A stretch of 64,000 nt of DNA from Candidatus Saccharimonadales bacterium (GCA_038316195.1 JBBQAJ010000001.1:92882-156881); one strand, 5' to 3'. Shown: positions 19,004 through 28,825, counted from the stretch's first letter. Numbers and translations: made by a program. The notes: generated from the sequence alone by a model not told the origin.

Positions 19004-19525
19004 ATGAAAGTTGATTTAGATGCTGAAAATAAGAAAATAACAGCTAGAGCAAAAGCTCATGTAACTGGCCCGGATGTAAGTGGCATAGCTGATTTTACTG
19101 AATATGACGTAGATGGATGGAAATATGTTCATCTCAAATTGACCCTTAAGGGCGACTCAAAAGTCTTAACTGAAGGTAAACACGCCGTGCATATTCACGA
19201 AAAAGGCGACTGCGAATGTGATGGTTTCAAATGCGCAGGTGGCCATTTTGACCCAGGTCCAAGTGGCAATAGCGATCCTGATGCAAATCATGGATATCAC
19301 GCTGGAGACCTACCTAGTATATCCATTGACGTAAACGGTGTTGGTGAACTTCAAACCTTAACAACCCGGATTACATTATCTAATGGACCGGTTTCAATAT
19401 TACAACCAGAGGAAGGCACTTCATTGATGATACATGACAATCCTGATCCCTACACAGCCGGTGAATCTGGTTCTGGCCACAGTGGTGGTCCCCGTCTAGC
19501 GTGTGGCAAAATTGAATCAGCTTAA
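19004..19525 (+). CDS. sodC: Cu,Zn superoxide dismutase
   Basis: 173 aa with HAVHIHEKGDC, GGHFDP, HAGDLP and GPRLACGKI. Strong SD (TAAGGAGG) upstream. An in-frame TAA sits 12 nt upstream of the ATG, so no longer N-terminus is possible. Confidence 0.9.
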   Translation: MKVDLDAENKKITARAKAHVTGPDVSGIADFTEYDVDGWKYVHLKLTLKGDSKVLTEGKHAVHIHEKGDCECDGFKCAGGHFDPGPSGNSDPDANHGYHAGDLPSISIDVNGVGELQTLTTRITLSNGPVSILQPEEGTSLMIHDNPDPYTAGESGSGHSGGPRLACGKIESA

Positions 19526-20637
19526 TTGATGACCTTTTCCCATGGCAATTCTGCTTTACCAAAGTGACCATAGGCTGACGTTTTAGAATATATTGGTCTG
19601 CGCAAATCTAATGTTTCGATGATCCCCTTAACACTGGTGTCGATAAGTTTGTTTTTGAATGCATGAAGTTCTTCTTCGCTTACAGATTCTGTTCCAAATG
19701 TGTCTATTGTTTGCATTAAAGGCTTTGGCTGGCCAATAACATATGCCAAACCAACTTCACATTTAGTTGCCAAGCCTGCTGCCACAATGTTTTTGGCTAT
19801 GTAACGAGCCGCATAAGCACCAGAACGGTCAACTTTGCTGGGATCTTTGCCACTAAATGCTCCACCCCCCACTCTTGCGTAACCACCATATCCATCAACT
19901 ACAATTTTTCTTCCTGTTAGACCAGCATCGGATTCCGGTCCAGGTATGTGCCACAATCCAGTTCCGTTTATGGTTATGTTACCTTCAATCGGAACAGCCA
20001 TTTTGTATTGAGTTAGCACTGGGGTGATTATTTCTTTGATAACACCCTCATGGGTCTCTTCTGCAGTTGCATCTTCGCTGTGTGCAACGGCAATAACAAC
20101 TTTTTCTACAGCTACTGGCTTGTCATCCTCATAACGAATTGTTACTTGAGCTTTGCCGTCTGGGCGAATGAAACTAAGTATGCCTTTTTCTCTAACTTCG
20201 TCGATTCTACGGGCCAACTGATGTGCAAGCATAATTGGAAGTGGCATAAGTTCTGGCGTTTCGTCACATGCAAAACCAAACATCATACCCTGATCACCTG
20301 CTCCGTCAGCATCTACTCCTTGGGAAATTTCTGGAGATTGCTGATGCAAATAGTTGCTAAATTTGGAGTCACTCGCTGAAAATCCCCATTCGGGTTTTAT
20401 GTATCCTTGACGAGTTATCTCACTCCTAACTATTTTTTCTAGGTCTAGTTTTGCAGTAGTTTTAATTTCACCAAAAAGACTTATTTGATCTGCACCGGCT
20501 ACTGCTTCGATACCACCACGACCATTTGAATCTTGACGTAATATTTCGTCAAGAATGGCGTCACTTATTGCGTCACAGATTTTGTCTGGGTGTCCTGAAG
20601 CTACACTCTCAGATGTAAATAGTCTAGTTTTTGGCAT
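19522..20637 (-). CDS. metK: S-adenosylmethionine synthase
   Basis: 371 aa with SESVASGHPDKICD, GAGDQGMMFGFA and GGGAFSGKDPSKVDRS. Confidence 0.95.
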   Translation of the reverse strand: MPKTRLFTSESVASGHPDKICDAISDAILDEILRQDSNGRGGIEAVAGADQISLFGEIKTTAKLDLEKIVRSEITRQGYIKPEWGFSASDSKFSNYLHQQSPEISQGVDADGAGDQGMMFGFACDETPELMPLPIMLAHQLARRIDEVREKGILSFIRPDGKAQVTIRYEDDKPVAVEKVVIAVAHSEDATAEETHEGVIKEIITPVLTQYKMAVPIEGNITINGTGLWHIPGPESDAGLTGRKIVVDGYGGYARVGGGAFSGKDPSKVDRSGAYAARYIAKNIVAAGLATKCEVGLAYVIGQPKPLMQTIDTFGTESVSEEELHAFKNKLIDTSVKGIIETLDLRRPIYSKTSAYGHFGKAELPWEKVIN

Positions 20638-20780
20638 TAAAAAATCCTTTCAAGTTATTTGGCAGAAAGGATACGAATTAATCTATATCTTTCCGCCATT
20701 GGCGGTCTAGATGGAGCACCCAACTGAAAGGGTTGCTGGCAGGTCTACAAGCTAGATCTCTCGCTGCACTCTTTATATTT
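20638..20780 (-). promoter_or_regulatory. SAM-I-clan riboswitch-like leader (SAM-I / SAM-IV / SAM-I-IV-like) with terminator and SD-sequestering expression platform
   Basis: The minus-strand RNA of the metK leader is ..AAAGAGUGCAGCGAGAGAUCUAGCUUGUAGACCUGCCAGCAACCCUUUCAGUUGGGUGCUCCAUCUAGACCGCCAAUGGCGGAAAGAUAUAG.. The blocks GAGUGCAGCG, GCCAGCAACC and GGGUGCU resemble the SAM-I clan core as I recall it. Downstream is AUCCUUUC-N13-GAAAGGAU-UUUUU-A-AUG. An alternative 9-bp pairing GGCGGAAAG/CUUUCUGCC would act as antiterminator. Confidence 0.6.
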
Positions 20781-20800
20781 CCCAAATTTTTAAAGTGCTT

Positions 20801-21697
20801 TTACTTTAACACGGTTTTGATGAATCGTAAAAGTTTTTCGCACAAAGTCTGGATTTTTTTTAATATATAGGGCGAGGCAAAGTAACCTATGACTGCATAA
20901 ATAATCCCTACTAATATATCAATAACGTAATGTTCACCCATGTAAGCTGTGCCTAACCAAATTAACGCTGGATAAATCCATGCAAGGTAGCGCCATTTAG
21001 TCTTAAACCAACACATAACGAAAATTACAAACAAAACAGAATATGCTGCATGTAAAGATGGCATAGCCGCAACCTGATTTGGGGCAATTTTGTTATACAC
21101 ACTTGGGAAATCATGTATTCCAAAGGCTGCCCAAACTGCACTTGATACATGAGCAATTGGCGGAGAGATTATTCCCTTTTCACTGGCTAGCCAAGGTGGC
21201 GCAGCTGGAAACGCCAGGTATGTCAAAAATCCAGCAAAAGAAACTACTATATAGGTAGTTATAAGTCGCCAATATTTTTTGGGTTTTATTTTCCAGACTA
21301 GCACTGCTAATGCAAATGGAAGTACAAAATGAAACGTATAAGCTCCATAAAATATAAAATCATACCACTGTACGCGACCATGCCATAGTAAATTTTGAAG
21401 CAAAACAGTTGGCAAATGTCCTAAAAAGAGAAATTTGTCAGCATTAATCATGAAATCGTAATTTACATGTGTATTTAGAGTCGACGCAACTCCTCTAAAT
21501 GATTCATACACTAAAAGCAGAACAACAAACGGTGTAAACCTTTTCAAAACTTCTAATGCTTGGCCGAATGCCAAACCACCCAATACCAATAAAACAAATA
21601 TTTTATCAGGCGTAGGAAAGCTTGGAGCATGAGCAAAAATACCAATATAGATTATCACACCAGCTATACCCAGAACCCGTAGCGCCTTTTTGACCAT
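20801..21697 (-). CDS. PAP2-superfamily membrane phosphatase/phosphotransferase (PAP2_3/Aur1-like)
   Basis: 298 aa, polytopic, with PAP2-type motifs MPSLHAAY and GEHYVIDILVG. Confidence 0.6.
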   Translation of the reverse strand: MVKKALRVLGIAGVIIYIGIFAHAPSFPTPDKIFVLLVLGGLAFGQALEVLKRFTPFVVLLLVYESFRGVASTLNTHVNYDFMINADKFLFLGHLPTVLLQNLLWHGRVQWYDFIFYGAYTFHFVLPFALAVLVWKIKPKKYWRLITTYIVVSFAGFLTYLAFPAAPPWLASEKGIISPPIAHVSSAVWAAFGIHDFPSVYNKIAPNQVAAMPSLHAAYSVLFVIFVMCWFKTKWRYLAWIYPALIWLGTAYMGEHYVIDILVGIIYAVIGYFASPYILKKIQTLCEKLLRFIKTVLK

Positions 21698-21711
21698 GAA
21701 ACTATTGTAAC

Positions 21712-21918
21712 TTAAACGTAATCAATGTATTGCAGGTAACTTGGCCTTCGTTGTGTGACAGGTATTGAAAGGTTACTTATATTTAATAATTCCGTGTCAT
21801 GATTTGTGACCAACGGTGATTGGATGTAATCAACAGACTGTTTGTCAAGCGAAAAACTAATGCCTACATCAGACAGTACATCACTTGTATCTAATTTCGT
21901 ATTATCAAAATCTGCCAT
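21712..21918 (-). CDS. hypothetical small acidic protein
   Basis: 68 aa with a strong SD (AAGGAGG, 8-nt spacer) upstream of the ATG. The stop is 14 nt before the PAP2 gene start. Confidence 0.5.
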   Translation of the reverse strand: MADFDNTKLDTSDVLSDVGISFSLDKQSVDYIQSPLVTNHDTELLNISNLSIPVTQRRPSYLQYIDYV

Positions 21919-22022
21919 TTCACACCCCTCCTTTACATCTGAAACTATATACTAGGTTCAGCTTTCGGACAGTGTCCTTGAACACTTAATACGTGTGATT
22001 TACATCACTATATGTTTGAATA

Positions 22023-22051
22023 TCGACAAACATGGATGACTTACGTATAAT
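22023..22051 (+). promoter_or_regulatory. sigma70-type promoter for tRNA-Gln
   Basis: -35 TCGACA (22023..22028), a 17-nt spacer, then -10 TATAAT (22046..22051). The tRNA starts 14 nt downstream. Confidence 0.5.
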
Positions 22052-22064
22052 TCATCTCTGTTAG

Positions 22065-22138
22065 TGGGGATTGGCCAAGTGGTAAGGCAGTGGATTCTGG
22101 TTCCACCATCGGGGGTTCGAATCCCTCATCCCCAGCCA
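22065..22138 (+). tRNA. tRNA-Gln (anticodon CUG), CCA encoded
   Basis: Hand-folded cloverleaf: acceptor UGGGGAU/AUCCCCA (U1-A72), G73, anticodon arm GUGGA-UUCUGGU-UCCAC, T arm GGGGG-UUCGAAU-CCCUC. 74 nt. Confidence 0.9.
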
Positions 22139-22264
22139 AGACTTGCATCAATCTAAACCTGATTGCATAGTATAACTAACTCAACCTGTTAGGTTTAGGT
22201 CTAGTGAAAAGTCAAATAGACTAAAGAGCAGAGTTGAAGTCAATCAATATTATAATGTTTTACC

Positions 22265-22915
22265 TTAAAGTCCTTGAGTATCTAAATCAATACTAGCAAT
22301 ATATAGATTATACGAGGTTGTCGTGTTATTCGGTTGTGCTGTAACAGTAATGTCCACGAATTGCCCACCTTCTGGTACTGACATTCGGTGGCATGCCCTA
22401 CCGTATTGATATGACTGTTCTGCATAAAAACTGCTATCTACTGCGGTGTAACTTGGGCTACCACGTACTATGGTATTGAAGTTATAATTGGTACCAGTTT
22501 TTGTAGAATTCAGAAAGGGAGCACGGGCAGTTACGCAAAAGAACGGCTGCATGTATTTACTAAAGTTCGTGTAAATTGTGGTCTTTAACCTAGAAGCAGC
22601 AAACAGCTGAGTAACATACGGACAGGATTTATTTGTTTGGCATCCTCCCCCCACCTTATGTGTATCCTCTACGCCCTGATTTTTATCCCCGTTATGCCAG
22701 TAGCCAAATACTAGCTGGAATGAACTTGGGCCCTGGCTCCAAGTTAACGCAAAACTTTTGTATGCCATATAACTACCACCCATGATGGAGAACACCATTA
22801 CGAAAAGCAACATCCCTTTTGCTGGTGTGGTTGGTTTGAACCAAGTCAAAGTTCGTCTTATTTTACTTTGCTTATTTTTCTGTGATTTCTTTGAATTTAG
22901 TTTAGTTTTAGCCAT
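22265..22915 (-). CDS. hypothetical anchored/secreted Cys-containing protein
   Basis: 216 aa: Lys-rich N-terminus, one TM (MLLFVMVFSIMGGSYMAY), then a soluble domain with several Cys. No family recognised. Confidence 0.5.
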   Translation of the reverse strand: MAKTKLNSKKSQKNKQSKIRRTLTWFKPTTPAKGMLLFVMVFSIMGGSYMAYKSFALTWSQGPSSFQLVFGYWHNGDKNQGVEDTHKVGGGCQTNKSCPYVTQLFAASRLKTTIYTNFSKYMQPFFCVTARAPFLNSTKTGTNYNFNTIVRGSPSYTAVDSSFYAEQSYQYGRACHRMSVPEGGQFVDITVTAQPNNTTTSYNLYIASIDLDTQGL

Positions 22916-23032
22916 GGGCGTATTACTTTCAGCAATTTAAATTATGAGCTAAGGATACATATTATCTTTACTCCCTGTCAATTAATAAACATAAGAGTTG
23001 TGGATAAATATCAACTGGTGATCACAATCATC

Positions 23033-23269
23033 TCACGGATTCATCCCATAATAGCCACACTCGAATAATGTGTGAAGTTCGGTAATCACCTTCCTCCCAT
23101 ATGCCGTCAATGAAAAGCTATCATCAACAATGGTAACGCAAAGTTGTTCCAATTGTTGACAAACTTTGTATAAACTAAGAAGGAAGCGATTACAGGTGAG
23201 GGACAACGTCCCAACCAATAGTTTGTCCAGAAAAGAAAAGTTCCAAGATTTATTTAGTTTTGTGCTCAT
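23033..23269 (-). CDS. hypothetical small protein (doubtful)
   Basis: 78-aa ORF in an otherwise empty 450-bp spacer. Only a weak SD (GGAAG) and no recognisable motif. Confidence 0.25.
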   Translation of the reverse strand: MSTKLNKSWNFSFLDKLLVGTLSLTCNRFLLSLYKVCQQLEQLCVTIVDDSFSLTAYGRKVITELHTLFECGYYGMNP

Positions 23270-23365
23270 TTCATTTCACTTCCGTTAAAATGGGTACGAA
23301 TCCCAAATATGTAGCCATAATAGTTTTAATAATCAAAAGTTGAAATGTTGGGGTATAGTTAAGAA

Positions 23366-25087
23366 GTGTCAATTAATCATTACCTATTTTTATACAAAAA
23401 TAGAATTTTGAAATCTATCTCCAAGTTGAGACGTAAAAAATTTATCATCTTCATTATACTTTTTGCAATTGTCGGTACTATAGCTCTTTTGATTACCTAT
23501 GCATCCTCTGCGAGCGTAAAATTAGAGCCCGAATCGAGCTCTTCAATAAAATCACCAGCATCAGTTGGTAATGATATTAATGCATCGAATGGGAGCTACC
23601 TTCAATTTGGGGCAACTGGAACGGTCAATAACATAACAACTTACACCCAATTACCAGGAGCTGTCACAAGTACTGCGTATACCTTAAGTATAAATGGCCA
23701 ATCAGTCTTTGTGGAACACTTCAGCGATATTAGCTATGCCAGATTTGCCTATAGTGGGACTGCAAATATATCTGTCAACGCTACAAATCAATCTATATCA
23801 AGCTTTGCAGTAAGTCCCAGATCATATAATATAAGTGGTACTGCAAATGGCACGTCACTAAACTTTTCAATCTCCAAACCCAATGCCAAGCTTGTCGTGG
23901 CCATTACAAATAATAGTGGGGTAGTTCTCGAAAAGTTGTTCATCTTTGCTGATGCCCCGGAAGTCAGTGTACCGGCTTTAGGTAATCCTGGAGTGACCAA
24001 TATTATGAATTATGTCACCGATAACACTGGGTCAACCATACAGACTGCCCAAATCCAGAACGCCATTAATAGCGTATCAACAAGTAATGGTGGTGCCGGT
24101 GGAACTCTCTACGTACCTAATGGTACATACTTGACTGGTCCATTTGACCTTAAGTCCAATGTTAATCTGTACTTACAAAGTGGAGCGCTCATTAAAAGCG
24201 TTGCTTGCGATGGAACCTACGGTGGTGGTGGGCAAGGACTTGTCAGAATCACCGGTGCCATAAATGTTAAAATTACCGGTCGGGGCGCTATACAGGGTGG
24301 TGGTGCGGCTTTATTTAACAATACAGGAAGTGGTTGCACCGGTGGCTCTGCTGGTCGTCACCATGAAATCATTCAACAAAACTTCAGTAATAATGTTACC
24401 GTACAGGACATTATAATTCGCGATTCAGATGGCTTTACGGTTCATTCCAGAAACTCCAGTTTAGTTAATCTGATAAACTATAAAATTATCAATAACATAA
24501 CAATTTCAAATGAAGATGGAACTGATCCTGATGGAGGATCTAACGTTACCATTGATGGTGTTTTTGCATATACTTCTGATGATGCTGTCTCAGTTAAGGC
24601 TCAAGCTTCTGCTTCAAACAATATCGTAATACAAAATTGTGTCTTTTGGACTTTAAAATCTGCCTTAAAGGTTGGCAACGAAACCGCAAGCAATGTGAGT
24701 AATGTCACTTTCCAGAATAATGATGTGGTTCATGCTGACAGGGCCTTGGTTATATATAATTGGAGTACTGACAATACAATTGACACTATTAAGTTTTTAA
24801 ATAATCGATCTGAAAGGATAGGTGATAATATTAGACAACGGCTAATTGACTTCGACGGCACTAATACTGCTGGGGCTGGTACCGTTAAGAATGTCTACAT
24901 TACCGATTATACGGCATATAATGTTGCGGCCAACAACTCCACAATCCAGGGTAACACCGCCACAGGCAGCACGATTACAAACGTGCAGTTTAAGAACTTA
25001 TCGATTGCAGGCCAGGTACGTCTGAGTGCCAACGATGCAAATATAAATATCGGGTCCAATGCCAGCAATGTAAACTTTAGTCCGTAG
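23366..25087 (+). CDS. secreted right-handed beta-helix glycoside hydrolase, GH28-like (polygalacturonase/pectate-lyase superfamily)
   Basis: 573 aa. It has a Pectate_lyase_3-like entry (TAQIQNAINSV..GGTLYVPNGTYLTGPFDLKSNVNLYL) and GH28-like catalytic blocks NEDGTDPD and TSDDAVSVK. GTG start. Carries the shared N-terminal leader module. Confidence 0.7.
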   Translation: MSINHYLFLYKNRILKSISKLRRKKFIIFIILFAIVGTIALLITYASSASVKLEPESSSSIKSPASVGNDINASNGSYLQFGATGTVNNITTYTQLPGAVTSTAYTLSINGQSVFVEHFSDISYARFAYSGTANISVNATNQSISSFAVSPRSYNISGTANGTSLNFSISKPNAKLVVAITNNSGVVLEKLFIFADAPEVSVPALGNPGVTNIMNYVTDNTGSTIQTAQIQNAINSVSTSNGGAGGTLYVPNGTYLTGPFDLKSNVNLYLQSGALIKSVACDGTYGGGGQGLVRITGAINVKITGRGAIQGGGAALFNNTGSGCTGGSAGRHHEIIQQNFSNNVTVQDIIIRDSDGFTVHSRNSSLVNLINYKIINNITISNEDGTDPDGGSNVTIDGVFAYTSDDAVSVKAQASASNNIVIQNCVFWTLKSALKVGNETASNVSNVTFQNNDVVHADRALVIYNWSTDNTIDTIKFLNNRSERIGDNIRQRLIDFDGTNTAGAGTVKNVYITDYTAYNVAANNSTIQGNTATGSTITNVQFKNLSIAGQVRLSANDANINIGSNASNVNFSP

Positions 25088-25128
25088 CTTATTGAAAATT
25101 TGATGGGTTTGATATAATAAACATAATC

Positions 25129-25707
25129 ATGACAGCCCGCACTCACGACTTAGCTGCTATTACTGCATTGGGTATCGTGTTCCTCATTATTCCAGAGCAA
25201 AGCATAACACTCTCGACTATTATTGTTGCTGTTTTTGCAAATCTTATTGGTGGCATTACTCCCGATATTGACCAACCTACAGCACCCTTCTGGCGAAATC
25301 TTCCTGTAGGCAAGTATCTTGGTAAAATATTTGACAAAATGTTGGGTGGTCACCGTTTTATAACTCACTCGATTATCGGTTTGGTACTTTTTGGTTATTT
25401 ATCCCACATATTGTTATTGTTTCTTCGTCCCATAATGGCCTCAGTAAATATTGGGATCGTTTGGTGGGCCTTTATGATTGGCATGATATCGCACCTAATT
25501 ATGGACACACTGACCAAAGAAGGCGTTCCTTGGCTGTTGCCTGTGCCAATTAAGTTTGGCATGCCTCCACTTAAAGCATGGCGTATTACAACTGGAAAAC
25601 GTGTAGAAACCTGGCTCATTTTTCCAGCGTTACTAGTTTTTAACGCCTGGTTTTACTCACAACATTATGTACAGTTTTTAAATATCTTAAATAACAAAAT
25701 TAAATAA
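25129..25707 (+). CDS. membrane-bound metal-dependent hydrolase, YdjM/DUF457 family
   Basis: 192 aa with MTARTHDLAA, ITHSIIG and SHLIMDTLTKEGVPWLLP. Confidence 0.75.
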   Translation: MTARTHDLAAITALGIVFLIIPEQSITLSTIIVAVFANLIGGITPDIDQPTAPFWRNLPVGKYLGKIFDKMLGGHRFITHSIIGLVLFGYLSHILLLFLRPIMASVNIGIVWWAFMIGMISHLIMDTLTKEGVPWLLPVPIKFGMPPLKAWRITTGKRVETWLIFPALLVFNAWFYSQHYVQFLNILNNKIK

Positions 25708-25844
25708 CTAAGACTAGAGCCTTTTTATTTAATGACAGATATACTCATCCAAACTAAACTTGGACTATTAAGCTCATGTCTAACAACTATATTTAAATAT
25801 CAAATAACATTGCTAATTTTGTACACTATCCTCGGTCTTTCAAG

Positions 25845-28439
25845 TTAATTAATATCATGGTATTGGCGATGCGTGTAGGCGTTGTAGGTTGTACTCAATT
25901 TACAATTTAAAATCAAATTACAGACGCTGCCATCAAATTCACTGTAGGTAAAAAAAGCTGCTCGTTTCTCGTCTAAATCAAAATTAAATACATTATCAAG
26001 CAAATTATGTATGGGATAACCAACATAAAACTTAATAGGTATAACAAGACGATTTTCGAATTGCTTCAGCTCATATCTATCGTATGCCGCCTTACTATAT
26101 TGCCCTACAGCAATATGGTCACTATGATCAGGGTAAGTTCTGCTCAAAAAGTTTGCCTGAGTCCTAATTTCACTGGGTTGATATGTATGCATTAAAGACT
26201 CCAGCGTGCTTGTTAGCTCGTCAGATGTATAACTGGACTGACCATCAACTGATTGTATGTGTTGAATTTTGCCATTTTCTAGGGCAGAAAGACTTTCATT
26301 ATGGGTGTGCTTAAAGCCACCGCCATTTAAATTGCCGTCAGGTAAATGCAGGTAAATTAAAGAGATGGACGGATTGTTCCGAGGGCTGGAAACAGTTATA
26401 AAGTGATGCTCAGATACTTTTATAATTCGCTCAATCCAGACATCTCGATTGCTACTTATCATGAATGAGTAAGCGGCTTCCGAACCTTTCTCTCGATTTA
26501 ACCAGTAGAACTGATCATTGCCAGCATCACCAGCAGTTATAAAAATCGTACGCACACAATGTCCTTCATGAATATCATGAATCAAATCTGGACTTAAAAA
26601 TAATAGGTCGTCGTCCTGGTGGGCAACAATATTCATTACGGTTGGCACTGAGCAGGTTGTGCCATTTAATTGATCGAGAGATGTTGGAACTACTGTAGAT
26701 GGTGCTTTATATGACTGTATCGGCGACGTTAGATCAGTTCGATGAGCGCCATGATCATAAAAGAGTAATTTTTCGGTTGGATTGTCAAGAGTGCCTGCTA
26801 TTAGAACACTGGCATTGGGTCTGCCATAGTCACTAATCACCTGCTCCAGATTACAATGAGGAAAATTAGTTAGACTGTTGTCCAGTGATAACAAATATGC
26901 AAAACTATGATTATTAATATCAACTTGCCAGTTTTGGCTGCTTAAAACATTTCGTACCTGATTACAGTTTTCTAACGGTAAAATATTAAGTTGTCCGTCT
27001 CCAATTAATTTTGCCGGTACTACACGCCAGTAGTCACCAACTAGCACATCAACGGGGTGATGTTTAAGTGCCTGTACGATTAGGTCAGTTCTATTAGCTG
27101 TGTCACTTAGCGCTGTTTTTTCAGCATCGTAGTCCCTTATAACATTCACAAAACCTGCGCCTATTCCTAGGCAGATAAATACGGACACAACTAATATCGT
27201 TTTAATGGACAAAGTGTGTTTAGTGCTGTAGCGAGCAAGTGCCAAGAAGCCAGTAAACACAACAATACTCAGATAACGAGCATCGACCGGATAATAATGT
27301 CGGCTAACTATAAAAACAACAATAGCGGCCAAAGTCGTCCAAATTAACATTAATGTTAATCTCGAGGTATCATCGAGATGTATGTCCCTTTGTTTTGCAT
27401 GTCTAAGTCCCGCACAAAAAACATGCCAAATGGCCACAATTACCAATATTACTATGCCAGTGTTGATAATATAGCTCAAGCCAGATGGCTGAAATATATT
27501 GTGTCGCAGCTGCTCAGGGATACGACTCAAAACCCGGGTATCGGGTGCTGGATTTGCGCCGAAATTTGTTAACATGCCCGTAACGGCATAGATAGTACCT
27601 AATGTTAGTTCTTTAACAGAATGAACTGCACTATATGGGCTCAAAGTTGATTCATTTGCAATGTGCAAAATACGAAATGCATTTACAGCCCAAAGAACAG
27701 CTGTCGCTGCAATCCCAGATATTAGTGTCATTACCAGCCATTTGACGGCAAGGCTTACCAATGACCAACGACGAACAAGGGCGTAGAATACCAAAGATAT
27801 CAAAGCACCACCCAAACTCATTGCTAAAAATAGTTTATCACTAGCAATCAACAGCGTCATCAGTAAGCAACTTAGCCAAAAATGCATATGCAATATTTTC
27901 GTAGGACGAAGTAATAGCAACAAACTGCCAACGTAAACTATATATTCAAGGTTACGAGTTGCGAGCATAGCCATATTAACAGGTAAAATAGCTGCTAAGT
28001 GTGGCTGAGTAGGGACTAGTAGGAGTGTTGATGCAAGGGTGAGGCAGAGTACGCCAAACATCTTTGGTCGCTGTTCAATCTTTAGCATTATAAATGCCAG
28101 GGCAGCTACTGTCATTATAGTAATGCCAACTGTGAAACTAATAAAAGTAAACTTAGATGGACCAATCAATTTTATGATCAAAAATATTGGCCACTTTATT
28201 AATAAACTATGCTGGCCTGGTAGTTGGGAGCCGTGAAAAGTAGCACTATCCTGAAACAAATACGTATTAACTAAGTGATCAGCGTTGTTTTGATTCAACT
28301 TAGCACTTAGCAAAGACCACACAACGGTTGTGAGAAGTAACACGAGGATTGTACTCAGAACATATAGCCTCAAACGAAATGAATATTTTTCGGATACCAC
28401 ATGTTTGTTTGGAACTGATAATCTCTTTTTATTAGTCAT
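25845..28439 (-). CDS. fusion protein: large polytopic membrane domain (GT-C-like, inferred) + linker domain + C-terminal PIG-L/LmbE family de-N-acetylase
   Basis: 864 aa. The first ~430 aa contain a dozen or so hydrophobic helices. The C-terminal domain has PIG-L motifs VAHQDDDLLFLSPD, FITAGDAG and YPDHSDH. Starts 2 nt after the gtrA-like stop. Confidence 0.7.
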   Translation of the reverse strand: MTNKKRLSVPNKHVVSEKYSFRLRLYVLSTILVLLLTTVVWSLLSAKLNQNNADHLVNTYLFQDSATFHGSQLPGQHSLLIKWPIFLIIKLIGPSKFTFISFTVGITIMTVAALAFIMLKIEQRPKMFGVLCLTLASTLLLVPTQPHLAAILPVNMAMLATRNLEYIVYVGSLLLLLRPTKILHMHFWLSCLLMTLLIASDKLFLAMSLGGALISLVFYALVRRWSLVSLAVKWLVMTLISGIAATAVLWAVNAFRILHIANESTLSPYSAVHSVKELTLGTIYAVTGMLTNFGANPAPDTRVLSRIPEQLRHNIFQPSGLSYIINTGIVILVIVAIWHVFCAGLRHAKQRDIHLDDTSRLTLMLIWTTLAAIVVFIVSRHYYPVDARYLSIVVFTGFLALARYSTKHTLSIKTILVVSVFICLGIGAGFVNVIRDYDAEKTALSDTANRTDLIVQALKHHPVDVLVGDYWRVVPAKLIGDGQLNILPLENCNQVRNVLSSQNWQVDINNHSFAYLLSLDNSLTNFPHCNLEQVISDYGRPNASVLIAGTLDNPTEKLLFYDHGAHRTDLTSPIQSYKAPSTVVPTSLDQLNGTTCSVPTVMNIVAHQDDDLLFLSPDLIHDIHEGHCVRTIFITAGDAGNDQFYWLNREKGSEAAYSFMISSNRDVWIERIIKVSEHHFITVSSPRNNPSISLIYLHLPDGNLNGGGFKHTHNESLSALENGKIQHIQSVDGQSSYTSDELTSTLESLMHTYQPSEIRTQANFLSRTYPDHSDHIAVGQYSKAAYDRYELKQFENRLVIPIKFYVGYPIHNLLDNVFNFDLDEKRAAFFTYSEFDGSVCNLILNCKLSTTYNAYTHRQYHDIN

Positions 28440-28441
28440 AG

Positions 28442-28825
28442 CTAATTATTTTTCTTAAATAGGGTTCGATAAATTATATAATTCCAGCTAGTAATTAACA
28501 AGATTACCAGACTACGTGCAACATAAACCGACGTGTTTGGTAACAACAATTTAGTCATCAGTAAAGTAAAACTATAATTCCAGGCTACGAGTACGCTATA
28601 GCCCGCAACTTGTCGGCCAATACTGCGTACCTGCCGGTCGAAGTTACGAAATGTAATTAACTTTTGTAATATGAAAGCTACAATAAAACCTACCCAAAAA
28701 CTAATTCCGACTGACAATATAGCACTTGCGCCTATAATTTCATGGAGGACATAGAGCGTGCTCATCTCAATCACGTAAGACGTTACCCCGATGATAAAAT
28801 AGCGAAACAGTCTATTGCTTAGCAT
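28442..28825 (-). CDS. GtrA family membrane protein (lipid-linked sugar translocation/accessory)
   Basis: 127 aa with 4 TM helices and the typical GtrA N-terminus FRYFIIGVTSYVIEMSTLYVL. Overlaps the GT2 gene by 14 nt. Confidence 0.8.
   Translation of the reverse strand: MLSNRLFRYFIIGVTSYVIEMSTLYVLHEIIGASAILSVGISFWVGFIVAFILQKLITFRNFDRQVRSIGRQVAGYSVLVAWNYSFTLLMTKLLLPNTSVYVARSLVILLITSWNYIIYRTLFKKNN

Noticed and set aside
19522-19525. Convergent sodC and metK stop codons overlap (TTAA)
   Set aside because: This is real but a trivial consequence of genome compaction. No functional inference can be supported.
22139-25087. Possible tRNA-Gln-associated genomic island, mobile element or CRISPR
   Set aside because: There is no integrase, transposase or recombinase. 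I did not spot a direct repeat of the tRNA 3' end. Composition looks like the rest of the window, and no spaced repeat array occurs anywhere.
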